Assembly (NCBI RefSeq): GCF_009834535.1
Contig: NC_045696.1
Coordinates: forward strand, 107,014,001 to 107,078,000
Length of the DNA stretch: 64,000 nt
Reading direction: 5' to 3'
Origin: Camelus ferus
Lineage: Eukaryota
A program made the translations under genes and the position numbers. Below the pieces are notes generated by a model, which was not told the DNA's origin, did no database searches, and saw only the letters and a program-made list of their open reading frames with translations. Below, piece after piece: positions 22,829 to 36,830 of this stretch. How positions within the stretch are numbered: the stretch's first letter is position 1; each line of letters begins with the position of its first letter.

Positions 22829-22842
22829 GTCACCATGGCAAC
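22829..22842. promoter_or_regulatory. RFX X-box motif
   Basis: GTCACCATGGCAAC; motif match only. Confidence 0.35.
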
Positions 22843-25800
22843 CAACCCAAATCTGGTCCATTTTATTCACAGACAAAAAACCCAGTTCAGTGAACACTGT
22901 GGGGAGGTAGGAGCAGCTTAGAGTCACCAGGCTATCTTCTGGCCCCAAGCCATCTGCAGGATAAGACCTTGCATTAGGCAAAGGTCTTCACTGTGACAAA
23001 GCAGAGGATTTGTTAAGCTCTTTGGATCTCACTGGGCCCATTTAACTTCTAGTGTGAGATTAAAAAATTACTCTTCTCCAGGCAGGAGGCCTGAAGTGTC
23101 ACATGACCTCAGTTTGAAGTGGTAATGGTCACGCCACAATGAACAATCATTCAGAACCATTCTCTTCGTCATCACCTGGGAGGTCAGGAGACTGTGCAAT
23201 CAGCACCTTCTCATCTCTGGCTTACCAGCTAAGAAAATAGACCACGTTTTATAAATGGAAATACGTCTTGAAATTGCAAGGAGTGTTAACATGTAATTTA
23301 TATGTACAGTTTTCCCTTTTTTCCCTGGTAATGAGAACAAACAAGGTCTCTGTGAGAATGGAACTAAGAGAAGGAGCAAGAGTCTTTTCAAGGAAATTTC
23401 ATTCATTCATTCATTCATTCATTCATTTATGTTTATTGAAAACCTACTCTGTGCCACAGAGCTACAGAGATGACTAAGCAAGGACTCTGCTTACAGGTCA
23501 GTGAGGGAGAAGAACTCCATTAAAAATAAATTAAAATGTAAATGTGTCAAACTGTGTAAGATAAATTACAATTAGGGTAAACTCAGGCAAAGTAGAGAGT
23601 AAATCTTGCTCATGAAATAAGTAGTCCAGGACAGACGGTCCTCCACTATTCTGACAAGAGAATCCACCATCTCCAATACATGGCCGCCATGACACTCTGG
23701 TTGGCATCACGGGAGGTTTCATGGGCCAGACCTGGAAGGGACACACATCACTTCCACTCATATCCATTGGAGAGAATTTAACCACATGTCCATACCTACC
23801 CATAAGGAATCCAGGAAATGCGGTGCACCTGGGTACCCGCGTACTGCACCTGTTGCCATGGAAGAGGGACAGCGCAGAACTTGGAGAAGAACAAGCCATC
23901 CCTGACAATAACAAAGCCATGTACAAAGTTTTCTAGAAACAGAAAAGAGAGACTAGGAAATACTTATCACACCCAAAAATCTCAAATATCTACAAAAGAA
24001 ATATTGAACTGTGCTTGTCGTTCAATAAATGCTGGTTGTAGCAATAATGAAGTATCAATCTCCCCTATTAAACTGCCAAAAATTTAAAAAGTAATAATAA
24101 TAGTGATTATTGTTGGCAAGGGTCCAAAAGAAAGAGGCATTTATAACTGCAGAAAACACCAATTAGTACAATCTTTCTGGGGGGCAGTTTGGAAGTATGC
24201 ATGTAGCAGATAGTTAAAAGCCACAACAATAAAGGAAGTCAGGTGTATAATACTATAGCAATCTTCACTTAAATATATTCTAACCTAGCTTCTAAGCCCC
24301 TAATTCCACTCAGGAGGGGGGAATTACACCTGTCAGTTCAGCATACCAGTGACTTCCAATTTAAAATGCAACTCTTTATAAGGAAAAGTCATCAAAGTCA
24401 GGATTCCCTCTACTTCTGACCTCCAGAACTCTAAGAGAATACATTTGTGCTGTTTTAAACCATTCAGATTGTAGTGATTTTTTTACAGAAGCAAAGGAAA
24501 CTCATGACCCTTTCCTTTGCTCCACGGTACCCTCTCACTCAGTACAGTGATCTTATAGGACAGACTGATCTTCTGCGGGAATTTGAAGCCAGGAGTAGGC
24601 AGTGTGGCCAAAGCTGGTCTGTGAGACATGCCCAGGCAGAGCCTTGACCAGACCTGTCAGATCTGAATTTGCTGAGTTGGAGGCAGACACTCAGATCACA
24701 AAGGGCAACTGCGTAACCAAGGCGGGAAGGTAGGGGTGATGGGATTTATGGATTATGGCAGGTGAAGACAACTGGCCAGCTCAAAGTAGTGGCTCAAAGG
24801 AGTTCAATAGATCTGATGAAGAAAATCTGATGAAAAAAGCTGACACCTTCAGAGTATTCCTAATGCTTTTTGAGATTAATATCTGGACAACCAGGACCCA
24901 TGCTGTCTGCTGATGGCCAGTGCCAGGGGCGGAATCCTGGGTGGGAAAACCACAGCCATCTGAGTAATTGTGCACATGGGATGTGTAAGCACCTCTTCCT
25001 TTGCCTAGGACTTCCGGTCCCCCCACACTTTGCCCTCTCAACTACACAAGTCACTCAACTTCCTGGGCTTCATTCAACTCTATCAAAAAAAAAAAAAAAA
25101 AAAAAAAGACGACGACGACGTGGAGAGCACAGGCGCCTAAGCAGGGCCTGAGGAAATCCTGAGGTTCCTTGAAGCTCTCTGGGGCTTGGTTTCCATATTG
25201 GAAATAGATGTGATTGGTTTGGACACACACAAGGCCTGGCCACGGCCTGGAGAGCCCAGCTCCATCTCTTAGGCAGCAATGTCCACATAAGCTGACGTCA
25301 GTGAGAGGTGAGCGGGGCTGGGGGGAAAGGTGATATTTTAGGAAGTCTGAGCTGTGGGTACACAAAAGAGGAGAGGGTCAGGATGTGAAGAGCAGGGAGG
25401 AAAGCGCTGGCTGGTGGGGATTTGTAGAGTAAGTCGCTTGGGCGGGAAGTAGGAGCAATGGCAACCATATCTCCAAACATCAGTAGTGTGAGGAATTATT
25501 CAAAAGGCTGGACTCTGGCCTCTTCACACCCACCAGTAGGGTGCCTTGATCACAAAGCTTACTGAGACGGAGAACCAGACTAGAGAATTTCCATTCTTCT
25601 TTTTTCTTTAATTACACATATTTAACAGCTAAATGTAGTACACATTAATGGCATCAGCGTTGATTAAGATATTTAAAAAATCAGTTCCGATGTCTTCTGA
25701 TGCATTTCTGGGTCATCCTTGCCATTGACTACAGCCGAGCCTGATCCCTTGGCATTCTGACAAGGACTAAAAGTCAGAGCAGGCAGAGACCCAGACGTCC

Positions 25801-28800
25801 CCAAACAGAGACTGAGAAACAGTCGGGACTCAGAAATCAGAAGAGTCTGCAAGTCAGAACCGTGGGTGTCAGACAGAAGCAATATAAAGCACAGGCCAGC
25901 AAGATCCTAAGGAGAAGTTCTAGCCTAACCTGAGGGTGTTTCCACACCTCTTATCTGGGGTGGACCAAGCTCAGGGTGTGAGCAGCACAGGGGCACAGGG
26001 CCCTCAGGTCAAACCGGGTAAGCAGCCACACCTGAGGAAGGGGCAGCGAGGCCACAACTGCAGAGGAGACACTGTCACCATCCCTTTCTAATTCACTTTA
26101 CACCTTATCATGGAATCAAGTTCCTTCCAGGCTTGGAGAACAAGCCTGAGGATTCAGAACAGCATGACATCAAAAGCCCCTCTGAGCCTGGTCCTCCAGT
26201 TGCTGGTGACTTCTCTGTGTTCCGGGCTTCTTTCTCAGCCCTGAGAAGGGGCTGTCAGAAAGACGGAGACATGTCTCCTCTCTAGGTCCCTCTCCTTCTG
26301 CTCTGTCTTTCAGTTGGCAGAAGCAGAGAAAGGAGAAAAATCATGCCCCTTAAGCGTGAACATTCCATGACTCATAGTGTTCTTCAATGAAAGGAGCTTC
26401 CTTCTCAACTTCTAGAGACATCTGCCCTCCAGTTAGGTGTTTCCAGCAGCAGCTGCTGGCTGGGTATTATTTGAAATGTGTATCCTCTGCCACCCATGAA
26501 CCCTGCCCATTTGAAGCTATTTCTGGCAAAAACTGTTCCAGAGGTCTCATATAAAGTATCTGTATGTCTTGCCATGGAATATTTTATCCCAACATTTAAA
26601 CATGGGTCTTGAAGTACAGAGTGACCTCCTCACGGGGATGCATCCTTGGAGTTCGCAAGAAAGAGCGAAGAGGTGTCCCAGGGACCAGAAGGCGCAGATC
26701 TGGGAGCATGCACCAGCAGGGCTCCGCCTCTCCCTGAAGGCACATGGAGAGGTTTTGAAGACATTTGGGCGTGGCTTGAAAAGGAAGCCCTGCAGGAAGG
26801 GAATAGTATGGATGAAGCAGCAGATATTTTTCCTAGACTCAACATGGTGAAACCTCCGTTTACAGGGCATCCAGGATCTGGAAAAAAGCAAAGCCTGAGA
26901 CCCTGGGTATTGGCCTCAGCACATGAATGTTAATGAGGCCAGATGTTCTCTGCAGCAGGACTCACCAAAGGAGCAAAGGAAGCCATGGGCTCAGACAAGG
27001 TATGCTCGAGAGGCTGGCAAGGGACTCTCACAGGCTATAAAAGACAGCAGGCAGCCTTGAAGGAAAATGTCCAGAATCCTCCAGGAAAACCCAGGTAGCC
27101 AGAGGGAGGGTAACAGTTAGGGTGCAAATAATACAGTACAAAGAATAATAGAGGTGATTTCCTACAAAGCACTTAGCCCAGCACCTGAAAGCAGCGAGGG
27201 CCGGGGTCTGGATCTGCTAGGAATGGAATGGGAACTGTGGGATCTACTCAGTTTCTACTAAATGGTAAACACTGAGAATGCAGCAAATACAGTCTCCCTG
27301 CAGAGAAAATCATGAAGGTGAACAGCATGGGCTGCCTTTACAGTCTATAAATCAAATTACCCTGTAGTGTGAGAAATTACCCACGTCCCCTAAGTCCTGA
27401 AGCCAAAGCCAAGAAAAAGGACATAAACTCCAGAAATTTACGTTGACTTCAAAAGCCTTTGGTATACATATTACACATATTCTGGGTAGGCTTAAGACTC
27501 AAGAAATCAAATTTTGAAAATATATATATTTGAAATTATGTACCAAGAATTTCATAGACTTGTTTTCATTGAACTGCTTTTGCCATGGTAGGTCATTAAA
27601 CACAGCATTTATCCTTATAAATGAAAATATCTGCTGGTCTGGAACATTGAGACTTATTTCCCAAAAAAGAAAAGAAAAGAAATCAAATTTTGGTCCAGGA
27701 TTCCAGGATTAGGCCCATTCCTGCCTGGAAATAATAATTCACAATTATATCAATAAATATGATACATGTTTTATAATATAAACATTTAGAAGTCAGAAAA
27801 TCAGAATGGGCACTCTTGTAATCTGAAAACGACAATCCTTTTCTATAAAAATATATTAATATATTTTTCTATATATAAAGTAATTTTATGGTTTTTAAAT
27901 TTAATTTTTACAACAACCCTGAGAGACCCTGGAACAGGGACTGATAGCCTCTCTTTTGGGAGATGGGGAAACTCAGCCCTAGAACAGCTGAGGTCACTGA
28001 GAGGAGGCTAGACCCCAAGCTCCAGCCTGCCTGGCCATCACCTTCCACCACCCCACTGGCTGCTCTTTCAGCTTGACCTTGAGATTGTTCTTTTATGAAC
28101 GAGGGGACCTTGACAAAGAGCATGGGGCCAACCGGCGTAAGGAAGGAACTGACTTGGGGCAATACTGTGGCGGTTGAGACAGGGATGTCTTGGAAGTGAA
28201 GGCAACACGGGAGGCCACTGCATCTCTGCCCGGCAGGCAGCACAGGGGGCTGCCCAGGAGAGGTGCCCAGTGGCTGTGGTCCAGGGCCCCCTGAAGGCCT
28301 CCAATCCTCAGCTCAGGCCTGAGGCTTAGCCACACAGGGACTCTCCTAAAGCATCTCTGACTTCTCACAAGCCCTTCTGGATGTAGCAATGATAAAATCT
28401 CACACGTTTATGCCCCAGTGCTGAAATGTGTTGATGCTCTCGAAGTGAAGGTTTGTAATGGGTTTTGCTCACGGGAACGATTATTTTAGTGCTGACTTTA
28501 AAAAAGGCAATTGATAACAAGTTTACCCAGCCAAAAGAGCTCTGCCAATTATCTGCAAATTCAGACTCCGTGAAGAGCCAAACCAGATCATTTAACACCC
28601 CCTGAATCCATTCCAGGGCCAAGATTATCCAAATTGACAAGCTAAAAATGAGATAATTTATGCTAAAATGGTGCTTATGAAATCAAGATGCTACCCTGGA
28701 TGGCTGCTGCTGGAAGTTGCCCCCATCCCCTTTTCCCTTATTCTCCTCCATCCTGGGCTTCTTCCCGCTCCTCTTCACTTCCCCAGCTGAGGTGATAGGG

Positions 28801-28992
28801 AAGTGGCGGGGAGGGGTGTGGAATGTCTTAGCCTGAAAACTTCCTGGGATAGTTTTTAAGCTTTCCATGTGAAGCCTTGAGCACTTTGTAGAGAGCACAA
28901 TGTCTCCATGGTCGGGGCGTTTTGCTGTTGTTCGTTAGTTCTTAGTCACAGCTCTGGGCAGGGCCTGGGGGTGAAGAAATGGAAAGGAAGCA

Positions 28993-29140
28993 GGGAGGGT
29001 GTAGCTCAGTGGTAGAGCACATAGTTAGCTTGCATGAGGTCCTGGGTTCAATCCAGTACAGCGCCTCCATTAAAAAATAAGAATAATAAACAAATAAACC
29101 TAATCCCCACCACCACCAAAAAAATAAAAGCAAAAAAGAA
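28993..29140 (+). mobile_element. Vic-1-type camelid SINE (long-tail form)
   Basis: gggagggtgtagctcagtggtagagcac...gaggtcctgggttcaatcc...cctccattaaaaaata...taaacctaatccccc + A-rich tail. Confidence 0.9.
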
Positions 29141-30199
29141 AGAAAGACAATCCCTGAGATTGCTCCTCTCTGCCAGGCTCTTCAGCCCACCCTACAATTA
29201 TCCCTCCAAGTGATCTTGGCCGTAGACCCGAGCACTGAGGCTCCACAAATGGGAGAAGGGAGACTGACCTGCTCCAAGCTTTCCCTCCGGATGCTCTCAG
29301 GGCTCAGAACATTGGAAGAATCCCTGGTTCTGGCCACCAGGGTCCTCACCCACCAGCCTGGTCAGAAACAAAGTGGGCAGAGACCTAGGAGAGATTGAGC
29401 CAACTCTGCTCTGGTCAAAGGTAGTGGATTAACCACACACCAGGATCTCCCCCTCTCCCTGCACTATCTGAATGAATGTAAAGGAATAAAAAAGTACCAA
29501 CCAACAGAGACCAGAAGAATGGGGAGCTAGGAGATAGTGGAGGATCCATTCTGACAGGTTTTGGAAGCAGAAAGCAGATGGATGGGTGGTGACTGCCCCA
29601 GAGGAACAGAGGAGGTAAAGCCTTTGTGCCCGCGGAGGAGCCATATGGAGGCAAAGCAAACCGCTTTGTCCTGCTGTTAGATGAAGAGGCTTAGGCCTTG
29701 GAAGCTCCAAGAGTTCCGGAAACCAGGGCAAGATGTACAGCTGAAACCCATGAAGTTGTTGGAAATCTATATTCCAAGCCCCCTCAGCCATCCCAGGCCA
29801 CCAGGCACCATCCAGATCCCCTCACCTCTGCAGGAGACAGGAGGTTGATTCTCTGGAAAAGATAAAGCAGAGGCTTCCACTCAGAAGTCAGGGATAAGGT
29901 ATGACACTGAAAACAGGGGATTAGACAGAAGTCTACATACTCACCTGTGGGGCCCCCACACCCAACCCTCACCTCACTCTCAGGGGCAGGCAGCCAGGAA
30001 TACGTGTGCCCTGGCAAGAAATAGGAAGATTATTCTCTAGAGGTAATTAATAAAACTCCTTAAGAGAAGATCTAATTACTGATGTTTGGGGGCTCCCCTC
30101 TAATGTGGCAGCTCACCCCCTGACTACATCACAGTAAGCACAACCAGCAATGAATTGATGAAGCCATGTTCTCTCCCATACAGGGCTTCTAATTGGTCT

Positions 30200-31450
30200 T
30201 AGCTCTTTGCTTCAGTCAAAACAGAGACACCAAAACAAGGGGGGAGAAAAGAAGAAAGAAAAAAAATGAGGGGGGGTGTTGAGAACAAAAACAATAACAG
30301 AAGTAGCCCAAAAGAAAACTTGAAAAAAGTAATCTCAAAGATATAAAAGTTATAAAGGAATAAAGAATGAGAAGGTATGAGGTTTTTTAGAAATAGAAAG
30401 AAAAAAGATATGACAGCTAAAAATTTAAAAATCAGCAAAAGGAATAAATAAGAAATAAAAAACTCAGATATAAAAAAAGATTTAAAATATGAGAGAACTA
30501 TTGAGAAAACTGGAGAATTAACCCAAGATAGCTAGACTTAAAAATAAAAACATTAGAAGATATTCTCAGAGAGAGTATACAAGAATGGAAGGACTTGAGT
30601 TTCCAGATTTAAGTCCATTGAGTACCCAGCACAATGAGGGAATAAAAAGCACACTTCATTCTAACATTTTAGAATATTGGGTTAAACAGAACACCATAAA
30701 AACAAAACAAAACATAGCACATTCAAAGGAATAAAAATCCAAAAGACCTCTTACTTTCCAATAATAAAACTGAATGCTAGAGAAGAGAGGGCAGTGCTTT
30801 ACAAAGTCTAAAGGGAAAAGGTTTTCAACCCAGAGTCTATAAATACCAATAAATCATAAGGTAAAATAAAAAATCAGACTCAGAGTTCATATGTTTTTCA
30901 TTGACCCTATCTCTCTTAGGAAGCTACTAGAAGACGTGTTTTGGCTAGTTGCAGGTGTAAACCAAAAAATAAAACCAAAAAGGAAGACATGGAGGTCCAG
31001 AGAAGAGAAGGGCCAACACAGAAGTAAGAGGACAGGACATTCCAGAACCATATCCCTCAGCAGCCTTGTGAGCAGTGAGTCCTGGTGGAACTCTAGAGAG
31101 GACTGAGGAGTGGAGAGCATGGTGTCCTGTTATGCTCAGCTGTGAGCTGTGTCTGCATGTTTATCATAATATAAACACTGACTATTAGAATGGTTTTGGA
31201 AGAGTAAGGGGTGGAGATGTAGGGAGCAAGAGGGCTGAGTCTTCAACTACAGAAGTAAATAGATCCGTGCACAACAGATCAATGAAGAAGGAGGACAATG
31301 ATCACAACGTTTAGGTATATGGAGGAAATAACAGCAGAAGCATTTCAAGAGTGGGCGAGGACCGGGCAGGGACATGCAGGAGACTCCTGTTTCTCAGTAC
31401 TTAGTAGTGTGTAAGTATATTACACTGGTAAAAAATAAAACTTATATTAA
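30200..31450 (+). mobile_element. Old HAL1/L1ME-like LINE remnant
   Basis: A-rich ORF1-like sequence: 'aaggacttgagtttccagatt...gagtacccagcacaatga', 'ttttcaacccagagtctata', 'tcttaggaagctactagaagacgtg'. Confidence 0.55.
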
Positions 31451-34400
31451 TTTTTAGAAGTAAATTCAAAATGTCAGTCCATTTTAAATATGCATAGGAA
31501 TAATTAAGAGTCTCCATTTAATTCCGTTATGACCCCTGAACATCACAAAGCAGGTGGAATCTCTCCTCCTTTTCCACTATTTACAGAGCAACTGTAGGAG
31601 TCTTGGTCAGTTTCTTGGAAGAATTTTTTTCTTTTTCCTCAGTGGCAAGAGGAAAAAGAATGTTCGTTAAAAATATGTGAAGCTTAAGTAAGGCAAAAGT
31701 GAGATTCCAGGCCCCTGCCCCATCTTCCTAGCAGACCGTATAGAACAAAATCAGTAGCAAACCAGTCTCCAACTCCATTTCCAGGGTAAACTAGCCTGCA
31801 GGCTAAACAATGCGTGGTTGTCTGCGTGTATGAGACTCAACTGGATGCCGGGAGCATCAGAAGAAAGAAGCCCCGAGATCAGACTCCTCCCTATCTTTCC
31901 CCTTGTCAGGATCACCAACAGGAAAATGGCCCCGAAAGACCCCTTCCATCCTCGCCCTGATGGTGCCCAACGTTGCTGAACCCTCCCATCCACAGAAGAA
32001 ATTCACTGGATAGAAACTTCTTCCTCTGTCTCCAGGAGGCCACAGAGACAGGCCATCACCCAAGAAAGCTAGAAAGAAGAACACAAAAGGACCTCTACAA
32101 TAAATTTTGATGATAAACACATATGGAGGCAAAATGCCTGCAAATTATGCTGAGGGCAGGGTAGGCAGAAGAACATTCTACAAAACCAATGAGCCATGCA
32201 CGTACTAATCTCATCCCCAACAGCCCTGAGTAGATATGAACCACTTAGTTAGAGGGAATAAAACACCTTCAGAACAAGCAAGGAATTTGGCCTCCTTACG
32301 AGGCCAGCCAAGGGCTCTGCCCAATCCTGATGGTGACAGAGATGGGGCAGGAGCTCCAGCTCTCTCAGCAATAGTCCCCATTCATGAGGCATTAAATTAT
32401 ATTCCCTTTTTTTATATTCCCTTTTTCTATTTTCCTCAATCACAGAACTCCTGACCTCAAGCCTCTGTCTTTTGTTTTTGTGGGGATGCTGGAAATAAGT
32501 TGGTTCACATAACAAAAGAAACAAACCTAGAGGAATAAAAACTAAAGGAAAACAAAATAAATTATAAGGAACAGCCATTAAAGGCCCTTCAAAAGGAATA
32601 AAACAATTTCAATTTTACTCTGTCTCACTCACTTCTCCCCACTTCCTCCCCAGATATATCATGCAAATCTACACATTTATACAGATATTTTTTATTATTT
32701 AGTTAATATGAATTACAGGCCTTGTGCTTCCTTCCTTCTAAATCCAAAATGAGGAAGCTTTCTCTTTTCTCTCGCTCCCTTTTTTCCTCCACTCCCCCTC
32801 ACCAACACGATTTACATTCTCAATGTAATGTATTAAAAAGTTGACAGGGACGAAAGGATTCACACGATGTCTGCTAAGAAACCCAATTTCCATGATGAAT
32901 TGCCTGGAGCCCGTGAATCACAAACCATTTTTTCCGCTGCTCAGAAGTTGGGTTTTTTTTTTTTTAAATCTTCTTAAAGCCTCTTTCCTAATCTTCAGCT
33001 AGAAGAGATGGGTGAAAGGATTTTTTTTTCCCCTAAACTAAGGAAAGTATTAGCATCTTGGTTGTTGTGCATCAAATTTGAAAATGCAAGGTTAGTAATA
33101 TTTCAAATCGGCCATGGTCCAAACCTCTTGATAAGTGAGTACGCTCTTTCGTGTTCTCTCTCTCTCACCCCCTTCCCCACCCTGACCTCCCAGTCTCATA
33201 ACCAGTAATAAGGAGGAGCTTCAGGAGAAAAGGAAAATTTGGAGTGATTCTTCAAACATCTACCCTACTCCCCTGGTTTTTGGAAATTTATAGAATTCCA
33301 AATAAAAGATACCCACTTTCTTAGAATTGGCTGGCTCAACCAACTCTAAGTGAAGGTTTCAGCAGCAAAACCCTAATGCTACTCACTCGACACACCTGTC
33401 AGCTCAGGAGCAGAGGCTGCGTGTACATCACGCTAAGGATGTTCCCCTAAGATTCTGCATTTGCCCAGAAGAATTCCCCCTGGGCTGCCCATCGCCAGAG
33501 AGGTGAGCGGGGACACACAGTCCATCTGAGCTCTTGCTACGGTTTTTGCACTTTGAAAAAAAACCCACTTTTTATCAGATATTCTGGAAATGTGGGCCTC
33601 TCCTGACTATCTGCAATTTCAACTTCACATTTTTTCCATGTGCTGTAAAGAGGTGAGTCAGGTGCCCGTCCCCACATGGGGCGGAACTGGGCTTTCCCTG
33701 CCGCCAAGCCCTCTGAATTTCCCTAGGACACCTCCCCCAGAAAACTTACCAGAAAGGACAAAGCATTCACAGAACTTGAAAAGAATTGAAGAAATTTTTC
33801 TTTACAGAACATACTCAACAATATGCAGGGGAAAATGTGGTCTCCGACATGGCCTACAAGTTGCTGACACGTTTGTCGACGTGTTAAGAGAATGAAGAGC
33901 CCCTACTCTAGGGGTTAAGTTTGAAGTCCCAAACTCCAGATTTGGGAGACACAAGAAAGCTGTGAATTCTCTCTCAAGAAAAATTCACAGTGCAGATATT
34001 TAGAAAAGTTTTCAATTTAAGTGGGGTCATGAACTTGGACCTATGACAGTAAGAATACACATTTTGCAGGTGAAGAAACTGACATTAGAGGGAAAGAAAC
34101 TGGCCTCAGCTGCACAACTAGTGAGTGACAGAACCAGGTCCTGGTGAGACTTGGTGACTAGTCCATACATTTCCAAATATGTAACTGACATACAGATCAT
34201 GCATCTGGGTGGCTGAATAAGGGCTTTACAACCACACAGTTCCCCCCAAGGGTTATTTCTCTTGAACATTGCGTTCATCTAACCAAAGAAAAGCAACACA
34301 GTAGAAAGGGACAGGTCATCTTGCTACCTTTCTAAACCAGCGTTAGCAAGAGGAATTAATGGGCCACCTTCCTGAAAAGTCTTCCAGTTGGCTCAATTTA

Positions 34401-34618
34401 GGGTTAACAGGATATCATCCAGACTCAGTGTCTCCCCAGTACTCGAGGGGAGAGGTGGGTGAGTTTGCTTGAATGTGTACACAGTATCAGTTAAAGGAAA
34501 ACCATTGGGTTGATCCCTTATATTTGCCTCCCCAAACAATCCTTATAGGCTCACTATTCTCCTACAACCTCTATCCCACAGCCAAAGAGATAGCTGCAAG
34601 GAAATTAAAATTAAATAA

Positions 34619-34750
34619 GGGGGAGGGTATAGCTCAGTGGTAGAGCATGTGCTTAGCATGCAGGAGGTCCTGGGTTCAATCCCCCAATACCTACATTAAA
34701 TAAACAAATAAGTAAACCTAACTACCTCCCCTGCCAAAAAATAAAAGAAT
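34619..34750 (+). mobile_element. Vic-1-type camelid SINE (long-tail form)
   Basis: ggggagggtatagctcagtggtagagcatgtgcttagcatgcaggaggtcctgggttcaatcccc...aaacctaactacctcccc + A tail. Confidence 0.92.
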
Positions 34751-34759
34751 AAATGAGTT

Positions 34760-36830
34760 GGCAATACAATGGAGAAAGATAGTCTTTTCAACAAATGGTG
34801 CTGGTACAACTGGACATCCACATATTAAAAAAAAAAGTGTAGGCACAGACTTTACACTGCTCACAAAAATTAACTAAGTGGATGATAAAACTAAATGCAA
34901 AACAATAAAATTCCTAGAAGATAACATAAGAGAAAATCTAGCCTTGGGTATGGCAGTGACTTCTTAGATATAACATGAAAGATAATACTCATGGAAAAAA
35001 GTAATCAATAATCTGGATTTCCTTAAAGGCATCTGTCCTGCTGTGATATTGTGATACAAGAAATATACATATTTGGTGTTCGTCTCTGGTTCCTGGTATA
35101 AGAACTTCTAAAACCCTTGGAATTTTCTAAGTGAAAAGAGTCAGCGGACCATATTTTGTTATTCAGAATAAGCCCCCTTTAAACCCTACCTGGGTTTATG
35201 AGGTGATTCTTGTTGGGCTCCAGGATAGTTTCAGGATAGGGGCTACTGCCAGAGGAACCAACAATGTGATTAGGGGGCTGGAAATTTTAGCCCCACTCTT
35301 TGACCTCTGGTGAGGAAAGGACTGGAGATTGAGTTCATCATCAATGGCCCATGATTTAATCAGTTGTGCCTACAAAATGGAACCGCCATAAAAACCCTAA
35401 GCAACAGGGTTTGGAGAGCTTCCTGGTTGGTGAACACTTTGAGGTACTAAGAGGGTGGCACACGCAGAGAGAACATGGGAGCTCCGGGGACCACCCGCCC
35501 ATACCTGGCCCTATGCATCTTTCCCATCAGGCTGTTTCTGAGTTGTGTTCTTTATGATAAATGGATACTGGTAAGTGAAGTGCTTTCCTGAGTTTGTAAG
35601 CTGTTCTAGAAAATTATCAAACTTAAGGAGGGGGACGTGAGAACCCTCCAACTTTATAGCCACTTGGCCAGAAGTACACTTGACCTGGACTTGTGACTGG
35701 TGTTTGAAGGTAGGGACAGTCTGGTGGGACTGAGCCCTTAACATGTAGAGTACATGCTAACTTCTGGTGTTTTTAGAAGTGCAGTAAGAAAAAAAACAGA
35801 TCTGTGAAAGATACCATCAAAAGAATGAGAAGGAAAGCCATAGACTAGGAGAAAATATTTGCAAAAGACATATCTGATAAAGAACTGATATCCAAAATAT
35901 ACAAAGAACTGTTAAAATTCAACAATAAGAAAATAAACAATTTTTAAATGAGCAAAAGACCTGAACAGTCCCCTTGCCATAAATAAACCCTGACAAATGG
36001 AAAGCTGTTCCAACATCGTATGTCATTAGGGTAGTGCAAATCAAAACAACAATGAGCTGCCGCTACATACATATTTGAATGACCAAAATCTAGAACGCTG
36101 ACAACACCAAGTGTTGGTGAGGATGTGAAACAACAGGAGCTTTCATTCATTGGTGATGAGAATGCAAAATGGTACAGCCACTTGGGAAGAGAGGTTTGCA
36201 GTTTCTTACAAAACTAAACATGCTCTTACGATAAGATTCAGCAATTGCACTTTTTGACATTTACCCAAATGTGCTGAAAACTTATATCTACACAAAAACC
36301 TGCACATGGACGTTTGTAGAAGCTTTATTCATAGTTACCAAAAGTTGATAGCAACCAAGATGTCCTTCAATAGGTGACTGGATAAATATTTTGTGGTACA
36401 TCCAGATAATAAAATATTATTCAGTGCTAAAAAGAAATGAGCTATCAAGCCATGAAAAGACATGCAGGAAACTTAAATATATATTACTAAGTGAAATAAA
36501 TAGATAATGAGGGAGGGATGAAAAAGTGGAGCACAGAGGATTTTTAATGCAGTGAAACTATTCTGTATGATGCTATAAATGATATGTGTCATTTAAAAAC
36601 CCACAGAATGTACACCACCAAAAGCCTGTCCTAATGTAAACTATGGACTTTGGGTGCTAATGATGTATCAGTGCAAAGCCATCAATTGTAACACATAAAC
36701 TACTGGTTCAGGATGTTATCAACAGTCAGTGGGGGAAGCTGCACCTGTGTGGGAGCAGGGACTACATGAGAATTTTCTGTACTTTCTGCTCAATATCTCT
36801 GTGAACCTAAAACTGTTCTAAAAAAATAAA
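34760..36830 (+). mobile_element. Old L1 (L1MC-like) ORF2 3' half and 3' UTR, interrupted by an LTR
   Basis: 'gatagtcttttcaacaaatggtgctgg' (DSLFNKWCW), 'gagaaaatatttgcaaaagacatatctgataaag', 'ctaatgtaaactatggactttggg', 'gtgaacctaaaactgttctaaaaaaataaa'. Confidence 0.85.
35042..35800 (+). mobile_element. MER21-like ERV solo LTR inside the L1
   Basis: Begins 'tgtgatattgtgata...ggttcctgg...ctaaaacccttggaattt'; contains 'gagagcttcctggttggtgaacac' and 'gtctggtgggactgagcccttaac'. Confidence 0.75.

Noticed and set aside
25085..25120. PolyA followed by (GAC)n, and orphan A/T runs at ~37449 and ~57890, as retrocopy tails
   Set aside because: No recognisable adjacent retrocopy body or TSD; treated as simple repeats.
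27847..27868. 22-bp perfect palindrome aaaaatatattaatatattttt
   Set aside because: Low-complexity AT sequence, plausibly chance; no element structure around it.
32890..33000. C/D-box snoRNA (ATGATGA near 32892)
   Set aside because: No suitably placed CTGA D box or terminal stem seen.
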